A stretch of 64,000 nt of DNA from Candidatus Cloacimonadales bacterium (GCA_963662275.1 OY759316.1:1312001-1376000), one strand, 5' to 3'. Positions 42,240-53,470 are shown, numbered from the stretch's first letter. Program-made: numbers and translations. Notes: a model not told the origin generated them from the sequence alone.

Positions 42240-45074
42240 ATGAAGTGTAAAAGGAAGAGAAGCCTTTTCATTTTAGTGGCTTTGATCTCCTTACTGGGTT
42301 TTACCATCGCTGTCAAGGCAAGCAGCGATGATAGCAGTTACGTGGTAAAAAACTTTAAGGTAGTCGATGTTCCCTATGATGATGGCACGGGTCTCCAACT
42401 CAGTTGGAATCCATTACCAAAAGAGAAGCGAATCATTGAATACCGCGTTTATCGTGGTGTTACTCCAGACAGTCTTTTCTTGCTGGGTACAATACCAATT
42501 AATGTGAAAACAGGTGTTGCCGGTGATTCAGTATATTATACTGATAAAGATTTGAATGTCCTGGTGGATATCAGTGCTCCCGGAAGATTAAAGAAAGAGA
42601 AGCAGCAAGGAGCTAAAAGTCCTTTGTACGGAGATGTCCCACGTGATGTTAAAGTACTAAACTCTATCTTCTCTAAGTATAGCTTTTTAAGTATCATTCC
42701 CAAAAAAGACTTCTATTACCGTACGACAAAAACAAATGCACCTGATAAGGCAGATTCAACTACATACGCCGGTTTGAAGATGAGACAGGTAACTTTGCTT
42801 GCCAGTTTAAATCCAAATACGAAGTATTATTATACAGTTGTTGCTTTAGATGAACGACGTGCTTTTCATAAGCATGCCCCTGTTCAATCAGGTATCCCTG
42901 TAGAAAATGCACCGGAACCAGTTCCCAAATTTAGTTCAGTGTATGTGAAAGATACGAATAAGATGCAGTTTGAGTGGGAATTACCCTTGTTCAAGGGTGA
43001 TCTGGCACAATATCAGATTTATGCTGTTCCTGCTTCATCACAAGCAGCCTTCGATGATTTCCGCCTTCATCCCATTCCCCAAACTCAATCTCCAGGTTTG
43101 CCAATTGCTGCCGGACAGATCGACATTGCCAGTTCAGATTCCTATAATATGGCTATTGTTGATATGAATGGAAGATCCCTCAATCCAGATACAATAGATC
43201 AACTTCGATTTGCTATTGGAATCATGGATTATGCTGGGAATGAAGTATTATCTTCGCTGGTTGCCCCAAAAGTCATCCTTTCTTCCCAACTACCTCCCAG
43301 ACCAACTTTTCTAGTGAAAGATAAACCGAATGATAAAGGTGAAATTCTTACACTCACTTGGAATAAACCGGTTGTATATGTGAACCAGACAAATTTCATC
43401 AGTGCTGATCGCAAGAAACTGATGGTTAATTACATGGAAAATGTGAATTCTGAGTTTAAGATAAAAAAACTGGCTTTCGATTTCTATAAGATCAATGATA
43501 CGAAGCCATTTAAGACACATCACGAATATTACCAGGATAACAAGATCATTGTAACACTACCTAAAGATTATAATCCTGAACTCGGATTGAATGTCAGGAT
43601 TAGGATTACATCCGTGCCTGCAGTATCTGATAAGTATGTCTTCACACAAAATCTTGTTTTCAATAAACAGACAAAATCCATGATTCCAGATAAATTGATG
43701 TCGGACGGAAAAGACGTGAACGAATTTTCCTATGTGATTTATAAAAAATTACGCAATTCCCAATCCTACACTCTTTCTAAAAAGCTCAACGGTAATCAAA
43801 ACTCGTTTGATGATAATATCCGTTTTGAAAAGGATATTTACAAACCTGTGGCTTACATGGATAAGAAAACAAACCAGGTATTGGTGAATTCAGATATTGA
43901 CATCACTTATGATAAAAAGGCAAAAGCTGTTGTTCAAACCAGTATTTATGCAAATGAAGCAAAAAAGCTGATGGCTAAACAGAAGAAAAGCTTGGATGAT
44001 AAACTCATTCAATTACGTGCCCAGATTCCCCAGGTCAATGATCCACAGCAATTAGCACAACTACAGGACCAGATTAATAAAACAACCGCCAGGCTGGAAA
44101 TGTTTAATAATCCTATCCTGAAGCAATCACTTACATTTACAGGTGATAGAAGCCGTATGCATTTCGTTTCTGCTAACAGGGAAAGTAATAAGCGCCAGGC
44201 ATCTTATCGGATGATTGTCAGTAATGGTGAAGGCATTTTTACCGAGTCTGATATCACGAAGGACAAAGACGACGAGACAGTTTATTATACACCTGTCGGA
44301 AATTGGTTTGATAAATCGAAAATTCCGATGCTGATAGCTTCAATCGTGTTCGGTTTACTGGTTGCCTTCATGATTCGCAAGGCGAAATTGGGACACGATC
44401 TCTTCATTCGTCCTATTGCCGGTATCCAGGAAATTGATAATGCTATAGGTAGAGCCACGGAAATGGGTAAACCAATCCTGTATTGTCCAGGTCTCGGTGG
44501 TCTTTCTGATGTAGCTACCATAGCTTCATTAGGTATTCTGGGTCAGGTTGCGAAGAAGACTGCTGAATATGATACGAAATTGATCGTTCCATGTTATGAC
44601 TTTATCATGATGCCTGTTGCCCAGGAAATCGTGAGAGAAGCTCATTATGAAGCAGGTCGTCCTGATTCATATGATAAGAACAATGTGTTTTATCTAACGA
44701 ATGTGCAATTTGCGTATGTTGCAGGTGTAAATGGTATTATGATTCGTGAAAACTGTGCTACAAACTTCTATATGGGTATGTTCTATGCAGAGGCTTTGTT
44801 GATGACAGAAACTGGTAATACGATCGGTTCAATTCAAATTGCCGGAACAGATGCTGTTACCCAGATTCCTTTCTTCATAACAACATGCGATTATACACTT
44901 ATTGGAGAAGAATTATATGCTGCTTCAGCGTATTTAGTTAAAGAACCCATGATGTTGGGAACCCTGAAAGCTCAGGATTATTTTAAATTCCTGATTCTGT
45001 TCTTTGTGATTCTTGGAACAGTGCTGACAACTAGTCACATAACTTTTTTAATTAATGTATTTCCTGAGAAGTAG
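42240..45074 (+). CDS. Membrane protein with exported FN3-like domains, coiled coil and C-terminal DUF6754-like domain
   Basis: Signal peptide; FN3-like motifs DVPYDDG.GL.LSW...EYRVYRG, YYYTVVA, DKPNDKG..L.LTW; TM segment; then IRPIAGI.EID.AIGRATEMG...QFAYVAGV...GMFYAEALL..ETG...IQIAGT...PFF...CDYTLIGEELYAASAYL...LKAQD. DUF6754 name is from memory. Confidence 0.75.
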   Translation: MKCKRKRSLFILVALISLLGFTIAVKASSDDSSYVVKNFKVVDVPYDDGTGLQLSWNPLPKEKRIIEYRVYRGVTPDSLFLLGTIPINVKTGVAGDSVYYTDKDLNVLVDISAPGRLKKEKQQGAKSPLYGDVPRDVKVLNSIFSKYSFLSIIPKKDFYYRTTKTNAPDKADSTTYAGLKMRQVTLLASLNPNTKYYYTVVALDERRAFHKHAPVQSGIPVENAPEPVPKFSSVYVKDTNKMQFEWELPLFKGDLAQYQIYAVPASSQAAFDDFRLHPIPQTQSPGLPIAAGQIDIASSDSYNMAIVDMNGRSLNPDTIDQLRFAIGIMDYAGNEVLSSLVAPKVILSSQLPPRPTFLVKDKPNDKGEILTLTWNKPVVYVNQTNFISADRKKLMVNYMENVNSEFKIKKLAFDFYKINDTKPFKTHHEYYQDNKIIVTLPKDYNPELGLNVRIRITSVPAVSDKYVFTQNLVFNKQTKSMIPDKLMSDGKDVNEFSYVIYKKLRNSQSYTLSKKLNGNQNSFDDNIRFEKDIYKPVAYMDKKTNQVLVNSDIDITYDKKAKAVVQTSIYANEAKKLMAKQKKSLDDKLIQLRAQIPQVNDPQQLAQLQDQINKTTARLEMFNNPILKQSLTFTGDRSRMHFVSANRESNKRQASYRMIVSNGEGIFTESDITKDKDDETVYYTPVGNWFDKSKIPMLIASIVFGLLVAFMIRKAKLGHDLFIRPIAGIQEIDNAIGRATEMGKPILYCPGLGGLSDVATIASLGILGQVAKKTAEYDTKLIVPCYDFIMMPVAQEIVREAHYEAGRPDSYDKNNVFYLTNVQFAYVAGVNGIMIRENCATNFYMGMFYAEALLMTETGNTIGSIQIAGTDAVTQIPFFITTCDYTLIGEELYAASAYLVKEPMMLGTLKAQDYFKFLILFFVILGTVLTTSHITFLINVFPEK

Positions 45075-45082
45075 GAGGATAG

Positions 45083-45709
45083 ATGAAAAGACAAATACCT
45101 CTAGCAATAGTCATCGTACTCGGTTTTATATTTGTGTTATATACCTTTATTCCACACAAGATACTGGCAGATGACTTTTTTAACTGGTATCAGAATTGGA
45201 GTTATGCAATGGCTCCTTTCGGTATGTTACTGGGCGTTATCAGTTTAGTCATGATGCACAGTGTCAAGATTTCCCGTAAGCTTCCGAAATGGCAATTTAG
45301 TTTTGTCACATTAGGCGGTTTGCTTATCACGACAATCGCGGGAATAGCATGGGGAATTCAAGATGGAACACCGTTCATGTGGATTTTCCAAAATATGCAA
45401 ATGCCTATGAGTTCAACGATGTTTTCTCTCTTAGCCTTTTATATCGCTTCTGCTGCCTATAAAGCATTCAGAGCAAGATCACCTGAAGCAACTGTTTTAC
45501 TGGGATCTGCAATCGTGGTGATGCTTGCCCAGGTACCGATCGGAATCATGATCAGCAAGCACTTACCCGATATATCAATGTGGATACTGAACGTTCCCAA
45601 CCTGGCTGCCAAACGCGGCATTCTCTTGGGAGTAGGTTTAGGTAGTGTGGCAACGTCGCTAAAGATACTGCTGGGGATTGAAAGATCCTACCTCGGCGGC
45701 GGGGATTAA
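45083..45709 (+). CDS. Conserved polytopic membrane protein of unknown function
   Basis: About 5-6 hydrophobic helices; TMFSLLAFYIASAAYKAFRARS..A.VLL; VPNLAAKRGILLGVGLG...LKILLGIERSYL; AGGAGG RBS. Confidence 0.75.
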   Translation: MKRQIPLAIVIVLGFIFVLYTFIPHKILADDFFNWYQNWSYAMAPFGMLLGVISLVMMHSVKISRKLPKWQFSFVTLGGLLITTIAGIAWGIQDGTPFMWIFQNMQMPMSSTMFSLLAFYIASAAYKAFRARSPEATVLLGSAIVVMLAQVPIGIMISKHLPDISMWILNVPNLAAKRGILLGVGLGSVATSLKILLGIERSYLGGGD

Positions 45710-45717
45710 AGGGGGAT

Positions 45718-46866
45718 ATGATGAGCTTCTTTGAAAAATTACAGGCATTAGACAGACATTGGATCTATCTGATTGTTGCATTGGCAATCATCATTCCTCT
45801 GATGGTACCGTTTAACTCGAAAACCTACACAACTGAACCGACCGAGAAAATGTATCAGTTGATTGACTCCTATGCAGGTCGTTCAGATCGTGCCATACTA
45901 ATTTCCTTTGCCCATGACGCCTCCGTGATGCCTGAACTTTATCCGATGGAAATTGCCATTCTGCGTCATTGCTTTGAACGTAAAGTAAAGGTATTCACTC
46001 TGACATTTACTCCCTCCGGAGCACCGATTATTGATCTTGCAATCAACCGTGTGAAGGAAGAATATCCGGATATCAGATCCGGTGTGGATTATTGCAACTT
46101 TGGTTACAAACCATTAGCATTACCGGCTATTCTCGGTATGGGTGAAAATATTGCTACAGCCATCGATACCGATGCTGAAGGAAGAAAGATTGCTACCCTG
46201 CCGATTATGAAGGATATCACTAATTATAATGAAATGAATCTTGTCGTGGAAACTTCCGGCGCTTCCGCTGGTGGGGCATGGATTTTTTATGCTCGTGTTA
46301 AGTTCGGTGTAAATGTTGCCATTGGTGTGACTGCGGTTATGGCTGCTGATGAATTTCCTTATCTGCAGACTGGACAATTAACGGGTATGCTGACAGGCTT
46401 GAAGGGAGCTGCTGAATATGAGAAGCTGGTTGATGTTTTTGCAGCCTATAGAGATGAAACTCATCCGCATGGACGTCCATTCAGTACAGAAATCCTTCGC
46501 GAGAAGGAAACGGATAAACTTGTGAATATTACCACCCAGGAGAATGCAGTATTTTCTAAAGAGGAATATCAGAACTTCCTGAGACTATATCCTTCTGCAA
46601 TGTCCGTACTTGAGAATATCAAGAAAGAGGACGATAATAATGTTACAATTAAAGTCATCGATCTTGATGACAGTCAAAAAGAACAGATAGGTTTTGAAGC
46701 AATGGCTGCTTTAAAATACCAGACACATAATGTAATTTATAAATTCAAAACAGCCCGCATTGGAATGAATGCTCAATCTGTAGCACATGTAATGATTATC
46801 GTATTTATCATTATCGGGAACATTGGGTATTTTCTAACACGTAAAAAACAGAACGTGGCGAAGTAG
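45718..46866 (+). CDS. Membrane protein with N- and C-terminal TM helices around a soluble alpha/beta domain; unknown function
   Basis: DRHWIYLIV..TM; ELYPM..A...H; GVDYCNFGYKP; GVTAVMA...PYLQTGQL.GML.GLKGAAEYE; MNAQSVAH-TM-GNIGY-RKK. Confidence 0.75.
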   Translation: MMSFFEKLQALDRHWIYLIVALAIIIPLMVPFNSKTYTTEPTEKMYQLIDSYAGRSDRAILISFAHDASVMPELYPMEIAILRHCFERKVKVFTLTFTPSGAPIIDLAINRVKEEYPDIRSGVDYCNFGYKPLALPAILGMGENIATAIDTDAEGRKIATLPIMKDITNYNEMNLVVETSGASAGGAWIFYARVKFGVNVAIGVTAVMAADEFPYLQTGQLTGMLTGLKGAAEYEKLVDVFAAYRDETHPHGRPFSTEILREKETDKLVNITTQENAVFSKEEYQNFLRLYPSAMSVLENIKKEDDNNVTIKVIDLDDSQKEQIGFEAMAALKYQTHNVIYKFKTARIGMNAQSVAHVMIIVFIIIGNIGYFLTRKKQNVAK

Positions 46867-46875
46867 GGAGGATAC

Positions 46876-47481
46876 ATGATTAGTTTTGAAACTTTCAGTA
46901 ACTTAGTTGCAGCATTCTTTACACTATGCATCTTCTCATTCTTATACAAGGATAATCCTTTCTATCAGTTTGCTGAACAACTACTAGTTGGTGTTTCTGT
47001 TGGATATGGTGTTGTTTATACATACTTCCGTACTTTCATACCTTATGTATGGCAACCTATTGTGCTGAAGCATCAGTATATTTTAGTTTTCCCAGTGATT
47101 ATCGGTTTGCTCTATCTATTCCGTTTTAGTAAGAATCTTAGTTGGCTATCCCGTTATCCAATCGCCTGGTCTATGGTTATGGTTGGTATGGGAGTACCCT
47201 TAGGTATGCATGCTTCTGTTCTAGTACAGATGAGAAGTGCAATGCTTCCATTAGACAATATCAACACGATTCTCATCTTTATCGGAACGATTGCAGTTTT
47301 GACATATTTCTACTTTTCCAAAGCACATACTGGCTTATATGGCAAGTTCACTAAGATCGGTGTGTGGTATATGATGATAGGATTCGGTGCTTCATTCGGT
47401 CTTACCGTTATGGCGCGTATTTCTTTACTGATCGGGAGAATTCAGTTCCTGGTTGGTGATGTACTGCATCTTATCAAATAA
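46876..47481 (+). CDS. Conserved polytopic membrane protein of unknown function
   Basis: About 6 hydrophobic helices; TLCIFSFLYKDNPFY.FAE.LLVGVSVG; LTYFYFS...IGVWYMMIGFGASFG.TVMARISLLIGR. Confidence 0.75.
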   Translation: MISFETFSNLVAAFFTLCIFSFLYKDNPFYQFAEQLLVGVSVGYGVVYTYFRTFIPYVWQPIVLKHQYILVFPVIIGLLYLFRFSKNLSWLSRYPIAWSMVMVGMGVPLGMHASVLVQMRSAMLPLDNINTILIFIGTIAVLTYFYFSKAHTGLYGKFTKIGVWYMMIGFGASFGLTVMARISLLIGRIQFLVGDVLHLIK

Positions 47482-47495
47482 AACAAAAGATTTCG

Positions 47496-47518
47496 AAGCC
47501 CGGTAAAAGACCGGGCTT
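47496..47518 (+). terminator. Intra-operon hairpin (weak terminator or mRNA stabiliser)
   Basis: AAGCCCGGT-AAAAG-ACCGGGCTT with only a short T run. Confidence 0.5.
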
Positions 47519-47542
47519 TCGATTTATGGAAAAGGTGGAAAT

Positions 47543-50428
47543 ATGAAAATCTTAAGTTTTAAAATAATTACACTCCTCTTATTATGCCTCATTGTACTTA
47601 CTTTATCAGCACAACAAACCGGTAGTAGAATGGTCAAAAATCTGAGTGTTTATGATAATCCTAATGATGACGGTTCAGGACTGGTTATAAAATGGACTCC
47701 TTTACCCAACTCAAATCGTACTTTGGAGTATCGTGTATATCGTGGTATTTCACCAGATACTCTTTTCCTCTTGGGAAGCATACCTGTTGATCCCGTAGCC
47801 GGATTTGCAGGTAAAGAAATGTTCTTTTATGATAAAGATTATCATGATTTTGTATCAATTCTATCTCCGGCAAAACTGAAAAAAGAAGAACAGCAAACAT
47901 CGAAAAGCCCTTTATACAAAGCCATACCCAAAGATCCCAAAATCTACGGTCCTTTGATTAATCACTATTCACTACTATCGATCATCCCTAAAAAATCGAT
48001 TTATAATCATACAAAATTGATCAGGATTGAAGATGATAAGGCATTGGGTGGTTTGGAATTGAGACGTTTTGAATCCATCCTGGCAAATGTGATCCCTGGT
48101 AAGAAATACTATTACACAGTCGTTGCTGTTGATGAGAAGAGAGTACTATCATCCTATGCACCCATTGTATCTGCCATTCCCTATGATAATCCCCCTGAAA
48201 CTGCGATAACATTAACGCCAAGATTCTTCCAAGAAAAAAGACAACTTAATTTCGAATGGACGCTGCCATTAAACAAATCTGATGTAGCAGAATATCGAAT
48301 TTATGCTTTAGAAAAGGCAAGAATACCCCAATTTCAAACATATTTAGAGGAACAGAATCACATTAATTCAATCCTGGAACAACAACAGGTTTATCCTGAA
48401 CAATATAAGACAGTTCCAGACCCTAAATTCACAAATCCCGCTTTCTTGATTGCTAGTAGTCCAAATCCACTTAATCCTATGGCAAATCTGATCATACAAT
48501 TTGACCAGGATGGTAAAATCATTGATGCAGCAAATAAATCCAATGCCTCATTGGATATGAATCGGATGCAGGATTATGTATTTATTTTGAGCTTGCCTGA
48601 TTATTATGGGTTTGAATCCTTTTCTCCATTGTTTCCAGCAAAAATAGGCATTGTTTCAGACCTTCCAACGCTTCCCACTTTTTCTGTAAGAGATAAACCA
48701 AATGATAAGGGTGACATGAATGAATTATCATTTGGAAGACCTATAGCCCTTATTTCCCAGGCTTTTTACAATGCAAAAAAAACAAAAATGACTTTTAATT
48801 ATGATTTTGCTACAAATGCTAATTATAAAATTATCAATGTATTCTTCAAAATATACGACAAAAAAGGCAATTTCCTAGGTTCAGTGAAAGAGTATTATCC
48901 TGATAATATCTTCAAATTCACACTTCCTAAAGGATCACCGGTATCTGATGAATATTTTCTGAAGATCGGGTTCAAATTAAAGGGACCTGAATTGAAGGAG
49001 AATTTCTATATTACGCAGAAGATAATGCTCGATTCTGCCACGAAGAGATTTGCCAATCGTGGATTGTACTTTGATAGAGAAAACCTGAACAGGTTCAATT
49101 ACCTGATTCTTAACAAATCAAAATCTGATCCTGGTTTTCAGCAGGTCAAAAAGCTTTCTACCATCTCACGTGGTTTTGATGACAATATTCCATTCGAAAC
49201 AATCGTGTATAAAGGAATTAACCGTTACGATCCAAAATCGAATACTCTCCTCTTTGATCCTACTTTGGATATTGGATATGATGTGAAACGGGAAATGCCT
49301 GTTTCTGTAAATTTATTTGCTGCTGAGATGAAGAAGTCTCTTCAGAAATGGAATAAACAGGTTGATACTCTCAAAGTAAAATATGCTAAAGCCACAACTG
49401 CTGAAAAGGCTTCCATACAAGATGAGATGGATTATTATCAGAAAATGATTGATTTGGTCACGAATGATCCTGATATCAAGAAATTGAATGCTATCACCGA
49501 CCCAAAAGAAAGGATGAAACTCTTAGCAATTATTCGTGAAACAAATCTTCGTACGTTTTCTTATAGATTGATCAAATCTGATGGAGATGGGAATTTCCTG
49601 ATTTCTGACATCTACAAGAATTCTGCCAGCAATGATTTTTTCTTTCCTATAGCCAACTGGTTTGATAAGACAAAAATTCCTATGATCATAGCTTCCCTGT
49701 TATTTACACTGTTGGTTGTCATCATGGGAATTCGCACGAAGCAGGGAAAGGATCTCTTTATCAGACCTATTGCCGGAATTGATGAAATTGATAATGCCGT
49801 AGGCAGAGCAACTGAAATGGGACGCCCAATCCTTTATGTGCCTGGTCTAAATACGATTGGTGAAATTGCCACGATCGCTTCTATGATCATTCTTGGTCGT
49901 ATTGCCAAAAAAACAGCAGAATACGATACCAGACTATTGGTGCCCAATTGCGACTACTATGTTTTACCTTTAGCGCAGGAAATCGTGAAGGAAGGTCATT
50001 ACGAAGCAGGTCGTCCGGATAGTTATGATCAGAATAATATCTTCTTCATATCAACAGATCAATTTCCTTATGTTGCCGGTGTGAATGGAACTATGATTCG
50101 TGAAAAGACAGCTACCAATTTCTACATGGGTACTTTTTATGCGGAAGCGTTGCTGATGACAGAAACTGGTAATGCAACAGGCGCTATTCAAATCGCAGGT
50201 ACAGATGCTGTAACCCAGATTCCTTTCTTCATTACTACTTGTGATTATACTCTCATTGGTGAAGAATTCTATGCTGCATCTGCTTATTTATCTAAAGATC
50301 CTGAGATTTTAGGTACTTTAAAAGCTCAAGATTATTTCAAATTCGTTATTGTTTTCTTCATTATCCTGGGAACGATACTAACTTCATTACATCTGAATAG
50401 CTTAATCTATTCGTTCCCAACGGAATAA
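47543..50428 (+). CDS. Paralog of 42240-45074 (FN3-like plus DUF6754-like)
   Basis: Same motif order. The C-terminal ~250 aa are highly similar; the exported N-terminal region is more diverged. Confidence 0.75.
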   Translation: MKILSFKIITLLLLCLIVLTLSAQQTGSRMVKNLSVYDNPNDDGSGLVIKWTPLPNSNRTLEYRVYRGISPDTLFLLGSIPVDPVAGFAGKEMFFYDKDYHDFVSILSPAKLKKEEQQTSKSPLYKAIPKDPKIYGPLINHYSLLSIIPKKSIYNHTKLIRIEDDKALGGLELRRFESILANVIPGKKYYYTVVAVDEKRVLSSYAPIVSAIPYDNPPETAITLTPRFFQEKRQLNFEWTLPLNKSDVAEYRIYALEKARIPQFQTYLEEQNHINSILEQQQVYPEQYKTVPDPKFTNPAFLIASSPNPLNPMANLIIQFDQDGKIIDAANKSNASLDMNRMQDYVFILSLPDYYGFESFSPLFPAKIGIVSDLPTLPTFSVRDKPNDKGDMNELSFGRPIALISQAFYNAKKTKMTFNYDFATNANYKIINVFFKIYDKKGNFLGSVKEYYPDNIFKFTLPKGSPVSDEYFLKIGFKLKGPELKENFYITQKIMLDSATKRFANRGLYFDRENLNRFNYLILNKSKSDPGFQQVKKLSTISRGFDDNIPFETIVYKGINRYDPKSNTLLFDPTLDIGYDVKREMPVSVNLFAAEMKKSLQKWNKQVDTLKVKYAKATTAEKASIQDEMDYYQKMIDLVTNDPDIKKLNAITDPKERMKLLAIIRETNLRTFSYRLIKSDGDGNFLISDIYKNSASNDFFFPIANWFDKTKIPMIIASLLFTLLVVIMGIRTKQGKDLFIRPIAGIDEIDNAVGRATEMGRPILYVPGLNTIGEIATIASMIILGRIAKKTAEYDTRLLVPNCDYYVLPLAQEIVKEGHYEAGRPDSYDQNNIFFISTDQFPYVAGVNGTMIREKTATNFYMGTFYAEALLMTETGNATGAIQIAGTDAVTQIPFFITTCDYTLIGEEFYAASAYLSKDPEILGTLKAQDYFKFVIVFFIILGTILTSLHLNSLIYSFPTE

Positions 50429-50448
50429 ATAACATACTTACATGCAAC

Positions 50449-50478
50449 AAAGGTCATCCGCAAGGATGACCTTTTGTT
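50449..50478 (+). terminator. Intrinsic, possibly bidirectional terminator between the membrane operon and uvrA
   Basis: AAAGGTCATCC-GCAA-GGATGACCTTTTGTT. Confidence 0.75.
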
Positions 50479-50629
50479 ATGTGGAGTAGGATTCCGATCC
50501 TACTGATTAGAGGTTGAAGTCCAAACTTCCCACAAGATCGCATGTAGATCAAGATTCGAAGGAAGTTTGAACTCCAACGCTCGAGGAATCTGTTTTAGTT
50601 ACTCAGCAAGAACGGCGTCTTGCTTTACG

Positions 50630-53470
50630 CTACATCTTCAAGTGTTTCTTCAGATATTCTCCGGTGAATGACTTGGGATTCATAGCAACTTCTTCAGGTG
50701 TTCCTTCTGCACAAATTTGACCACCTTCATCTCCACCTTCAGGACCCAGGTCTATTACATAATCAGCACATTTTATCACATCCAGGTTATGTTCAATAAC
50801 GATTACTGTATTACCCATTGAAACAAGACGCTTCAAAACGAGCAGTAACTTCTGGATATCATCGAAATGCAGACCTGTCGTAGGTTCATCAAGAAGATAG
50901 AGAGTATTGCCTGTACTTGGTCTGCTTAATTCACGTGATAGCTTAATACGTTGCGCTTCACCACCGGATAGCGTTGTGGATGACTGTCCAAGTTTGATAT
51001 AATCCAAACCCACTTCTATTAGAGTTTTCAGCTTTGAGGCGATAGAAGGGATATTACTGAAATAATCCATCGCTTCCTGGACATCCATATCTAACACATC
51101 TGCTATGCTTTTGCTCTTAAATTTCACACCAAGAGTCTCACTATTATATCTCTTTCCCTTACATACTTCACAAGTCACGTAAATATCCGGCATGAAGTGC
51201 ATCTCGATCTGTTTCAAACCGGCACCCTCACATGCTTCGCACCGACCACCCTTGACATTGAAGGAAAAGCGTCCTGCCTTATAGCCCCGAATCTTGGATT
51301 GAGGCAGTTCTGCAAAGAGATTACGGATAGGATCGAATAGCTTGATATAGGTACAAGGATTGGAACGTGGTGTTCTTCCAATGGGTTGTTGATCGATAGC
51401 AATCACTTTATCGAAATGCTGGAAGCCTTTAATTTCTTTATATTCACCTATCTTGTTTAGTGATTTAAAGAAATGCTTAAACAGAGCCGGATAAAGAGTT
51501 TGGTTGATCAATGAGCTTTTCCCTGAACCGGATACTCCGGTAACGCAAACGAATAACCCGACAGGTATTCGTACATCTATGTTCTTCAGGTTATTATGCC
51601 TGGCACCGATAATTTCTATATAGCGCTTATCAGGCTGAATTCGACGTATTGGTGTTTCTATCTCAAGTTCACCGGATAGGTATTTACCAGTCAGGGATTT
51701 CTTGTTTTTAATGATATCTTTCATCGTTCCCTGGGCAACTACTTCACCGCCAAAGATACCGGCACGTGGACCGAAATCAAGGATCATATCAGCGGTGCGC
51801 ATCATCTCTTCATCATGTTCAACAACAATGACTGTGTTCCCCAAATCTCTCAGTTGCAGAAGCATCTGGGTAAGTTTGCTATTATCCCGCTGGTGCAGAC
51901 CGATACTGGGTTCATCGAGAATGTACATAACACCGACAAGAGAAGAGCCGATCTGGCTGGCGAGACGAATCCGCTGTGTTTCTCCTCCTGATAGGGAAGG
52001 AGATCTGCGGGCAAGGGTCAGGTAATGTAATCCGACACTAGTAAGAAAGCCCAGCCGATTGATGATTTCCTTCAATGATTCCTCTGCAATCTGGAATTGA
52101 TTCCCTTTTAGTTTTAATGTGGAAAAGAAATGATGTGCTTCCCGAATATTCATTGTCGTTACGTCATAGATATTCTTATTACCGATCTTCACGGAGAGAC
52201 TTGCCGGCTTGAGTTTCCTGCCTTCACATTCGGGACAGGGTTTATCACTGATGAATTGCAGATAATGACGTCGGCTATCTTCGGAAGTAGTGTCCTTCAA
52301 ACGGCGATTCAATTGATGAATGATGCCTTCCCACTTGGACATGAATTGCCCTTGTGAATTGGCATTCTTCCATTCGACTTTGAAACGTTTCCCTTTTGCA
52401 CCATAAAGTATGAGATGCTGTATTTCAGGTGTTAGTTCTTCCCAAGGTGTACTTAACGAAAAATCGAATTCCCGAGCCATATTTTTTAGCATGTGAAGTG
52501 TCCAGCTATGCTGTTTCTCTTCCAGGATACCCCAAGCTACAACAGCTCCTTCCATGATGGATAAAGATGTATCAGGAACCACAAGTTCTGTGTCAAATTC
52601 AAGCTTATAACCCAGTCCATTGCAGGTTGTGCAGGCACCGATAGGACTGTTGAATGAAAAAGATTGTGGACTTAATTCTTCATATCCGATACCGCAACTC
52701 GTACAGGAATTTCTTTGCGAGAGTATTTCTGATTGGTTTTCATCTGTGAAGTCTAGTTTCACAAAGCCTTCTGTCAGTCGTAAAGCAACTTCCAAGGAAT
52801 CAGACAAACGTGAACGTATGGAATCCTTAACAACAAGACGATCAACAACAACATCGATGTTATGCTTACTCTTTTTATCGAGTAGAATTTCCTCTTCCAG
52901 ATTGCGAAGCTGACCATTGATCATCACACGGACAAAGCCCTCTTTCCTGATTTCATCCAATTCTTCCTTATGTTCGCCTTTACGGTTTTGGACGATAGGA
53001 GCCAGTATTTGTACTTTTGTTCCACTAGGTACAGAAAGAATGTAATCTGCCATCTGATCAACAGTCTGCGAACCCACTTCAGCACCGCAGTTGTAGCAGT
53101 ATTGCTTTCCAATACGGGCATAGAGCACACGTAAATAATCATAGATTTCAGTCACAGTCCCAACAGTAGAACGCGGATTCTTGCTGGCAGCCTTTTGTTC
53201 AATGGAAATGGCGGGGGAGAGTCCTTCAATGAAATCAACTTTTGGCTTTTCCATCTGACCCAAGAATTGACGTGCATACGCTGATAGTGATTCCACATAA
53301 CGACGCTGCCCTTCTGCGTATAATGTATCAAAAGCAAGTGACGATTTTCCTGAACCGGATACACCGGTGAATACGACGAGTTTATTTCGGGGAATGGTCA
53401 CATTAATATTCTTCAGATTATGTTCTGATGCACCTTTTACAATGATTTGTGTCTTCAAAATTACTCCCAT
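50630..53470 (-). CDS. uvrA: Excinuclease ABC subunit A
   Basis: [38 protein letters not shown]; two ABC domains with LSGGE; Zn fingers. Start is ATG 53470 or TTG 53458 (GGGAG RBS); the ORF-track extension to 53644 is unlikely. Confidence 0.98.
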   Translation of the reverse strand: MGVILKTQIIVKGASEHNLKNINVTIPRNKLVVFTGVSGSGKSSLAFDTLYAEGQRRYVESLSAYARQFLGQMEKPKVDFIEGLSPAISIEQKAASKNPRSTVGTVTEIYDYLRVLYARIGKQYCYNCGAEVGSQTVDQMADYILSVPSGTKVQILAPIVQNRKGEHKEELDEIRKEGFVRVMINGQLRNLEEEILLDKKSKHNIDVVVDRLVVKDSIRSRLSDSLEVALRLTEGFVKLDFTDENQSEILSQRNSCTSCGIGYEELSPQSFSFNSPIGACTTCNGLGYKLEFDTELVVPDTSLSIMEGAVVAWGILEEKQHSWTLHMLKNMAREFDFSLSTPWEELTPEIQHLILYGAKGKRFKVEWKNANSQGQFMSKWEGIIHQLNRRLKDTTSEDSRRHYLQFISDKPCPECEGRKLKPASLSVKIGNKNIYDVTTMNIREAHHFFSTLKLKGNQFQIAEESLKEIINRLGFLTSVGLHYLTLARRSPSLSGGETQRIRLASQIGSSLVGVMYILDEPSIGLHQRDNSKLTQMLLQLRDLGNTVIVVEHDEEMMRTADMILDFGPRAGIFGGEVVAQGTMKDIIKNKKSLTGKYLSGELEIETPIRRIQPDKRYIEIIGARHNNLKNIDVRIPVGLFVCVTGVSGSGKSSLINQTLYPALFKHFFKSLNKIGEYKEIKGFQHFDKVIAIDQQPIGRTPRSNPCTYIKLFDPIRNLFAELPQSKIRGYKAGRFSFNVKGGRCEACEGAGLKQIEMHFMPDIYVTCEVCKGKRYNSETLGVKFKSKSIADVLDMDVQEAMDYFSNIPSIASKLKTLIEVGLDYIKLGQSSTTLSGGEAQRIKLSRELSRPSTGNTLYLLDEPTTGLHFDDIQKLLLVLKRLVSMGNTVIVIEHNLDVIKCADYVIDLGPEGGDEGGQICAEGTPEEVAMNPKSFTGEYLKKHLKM

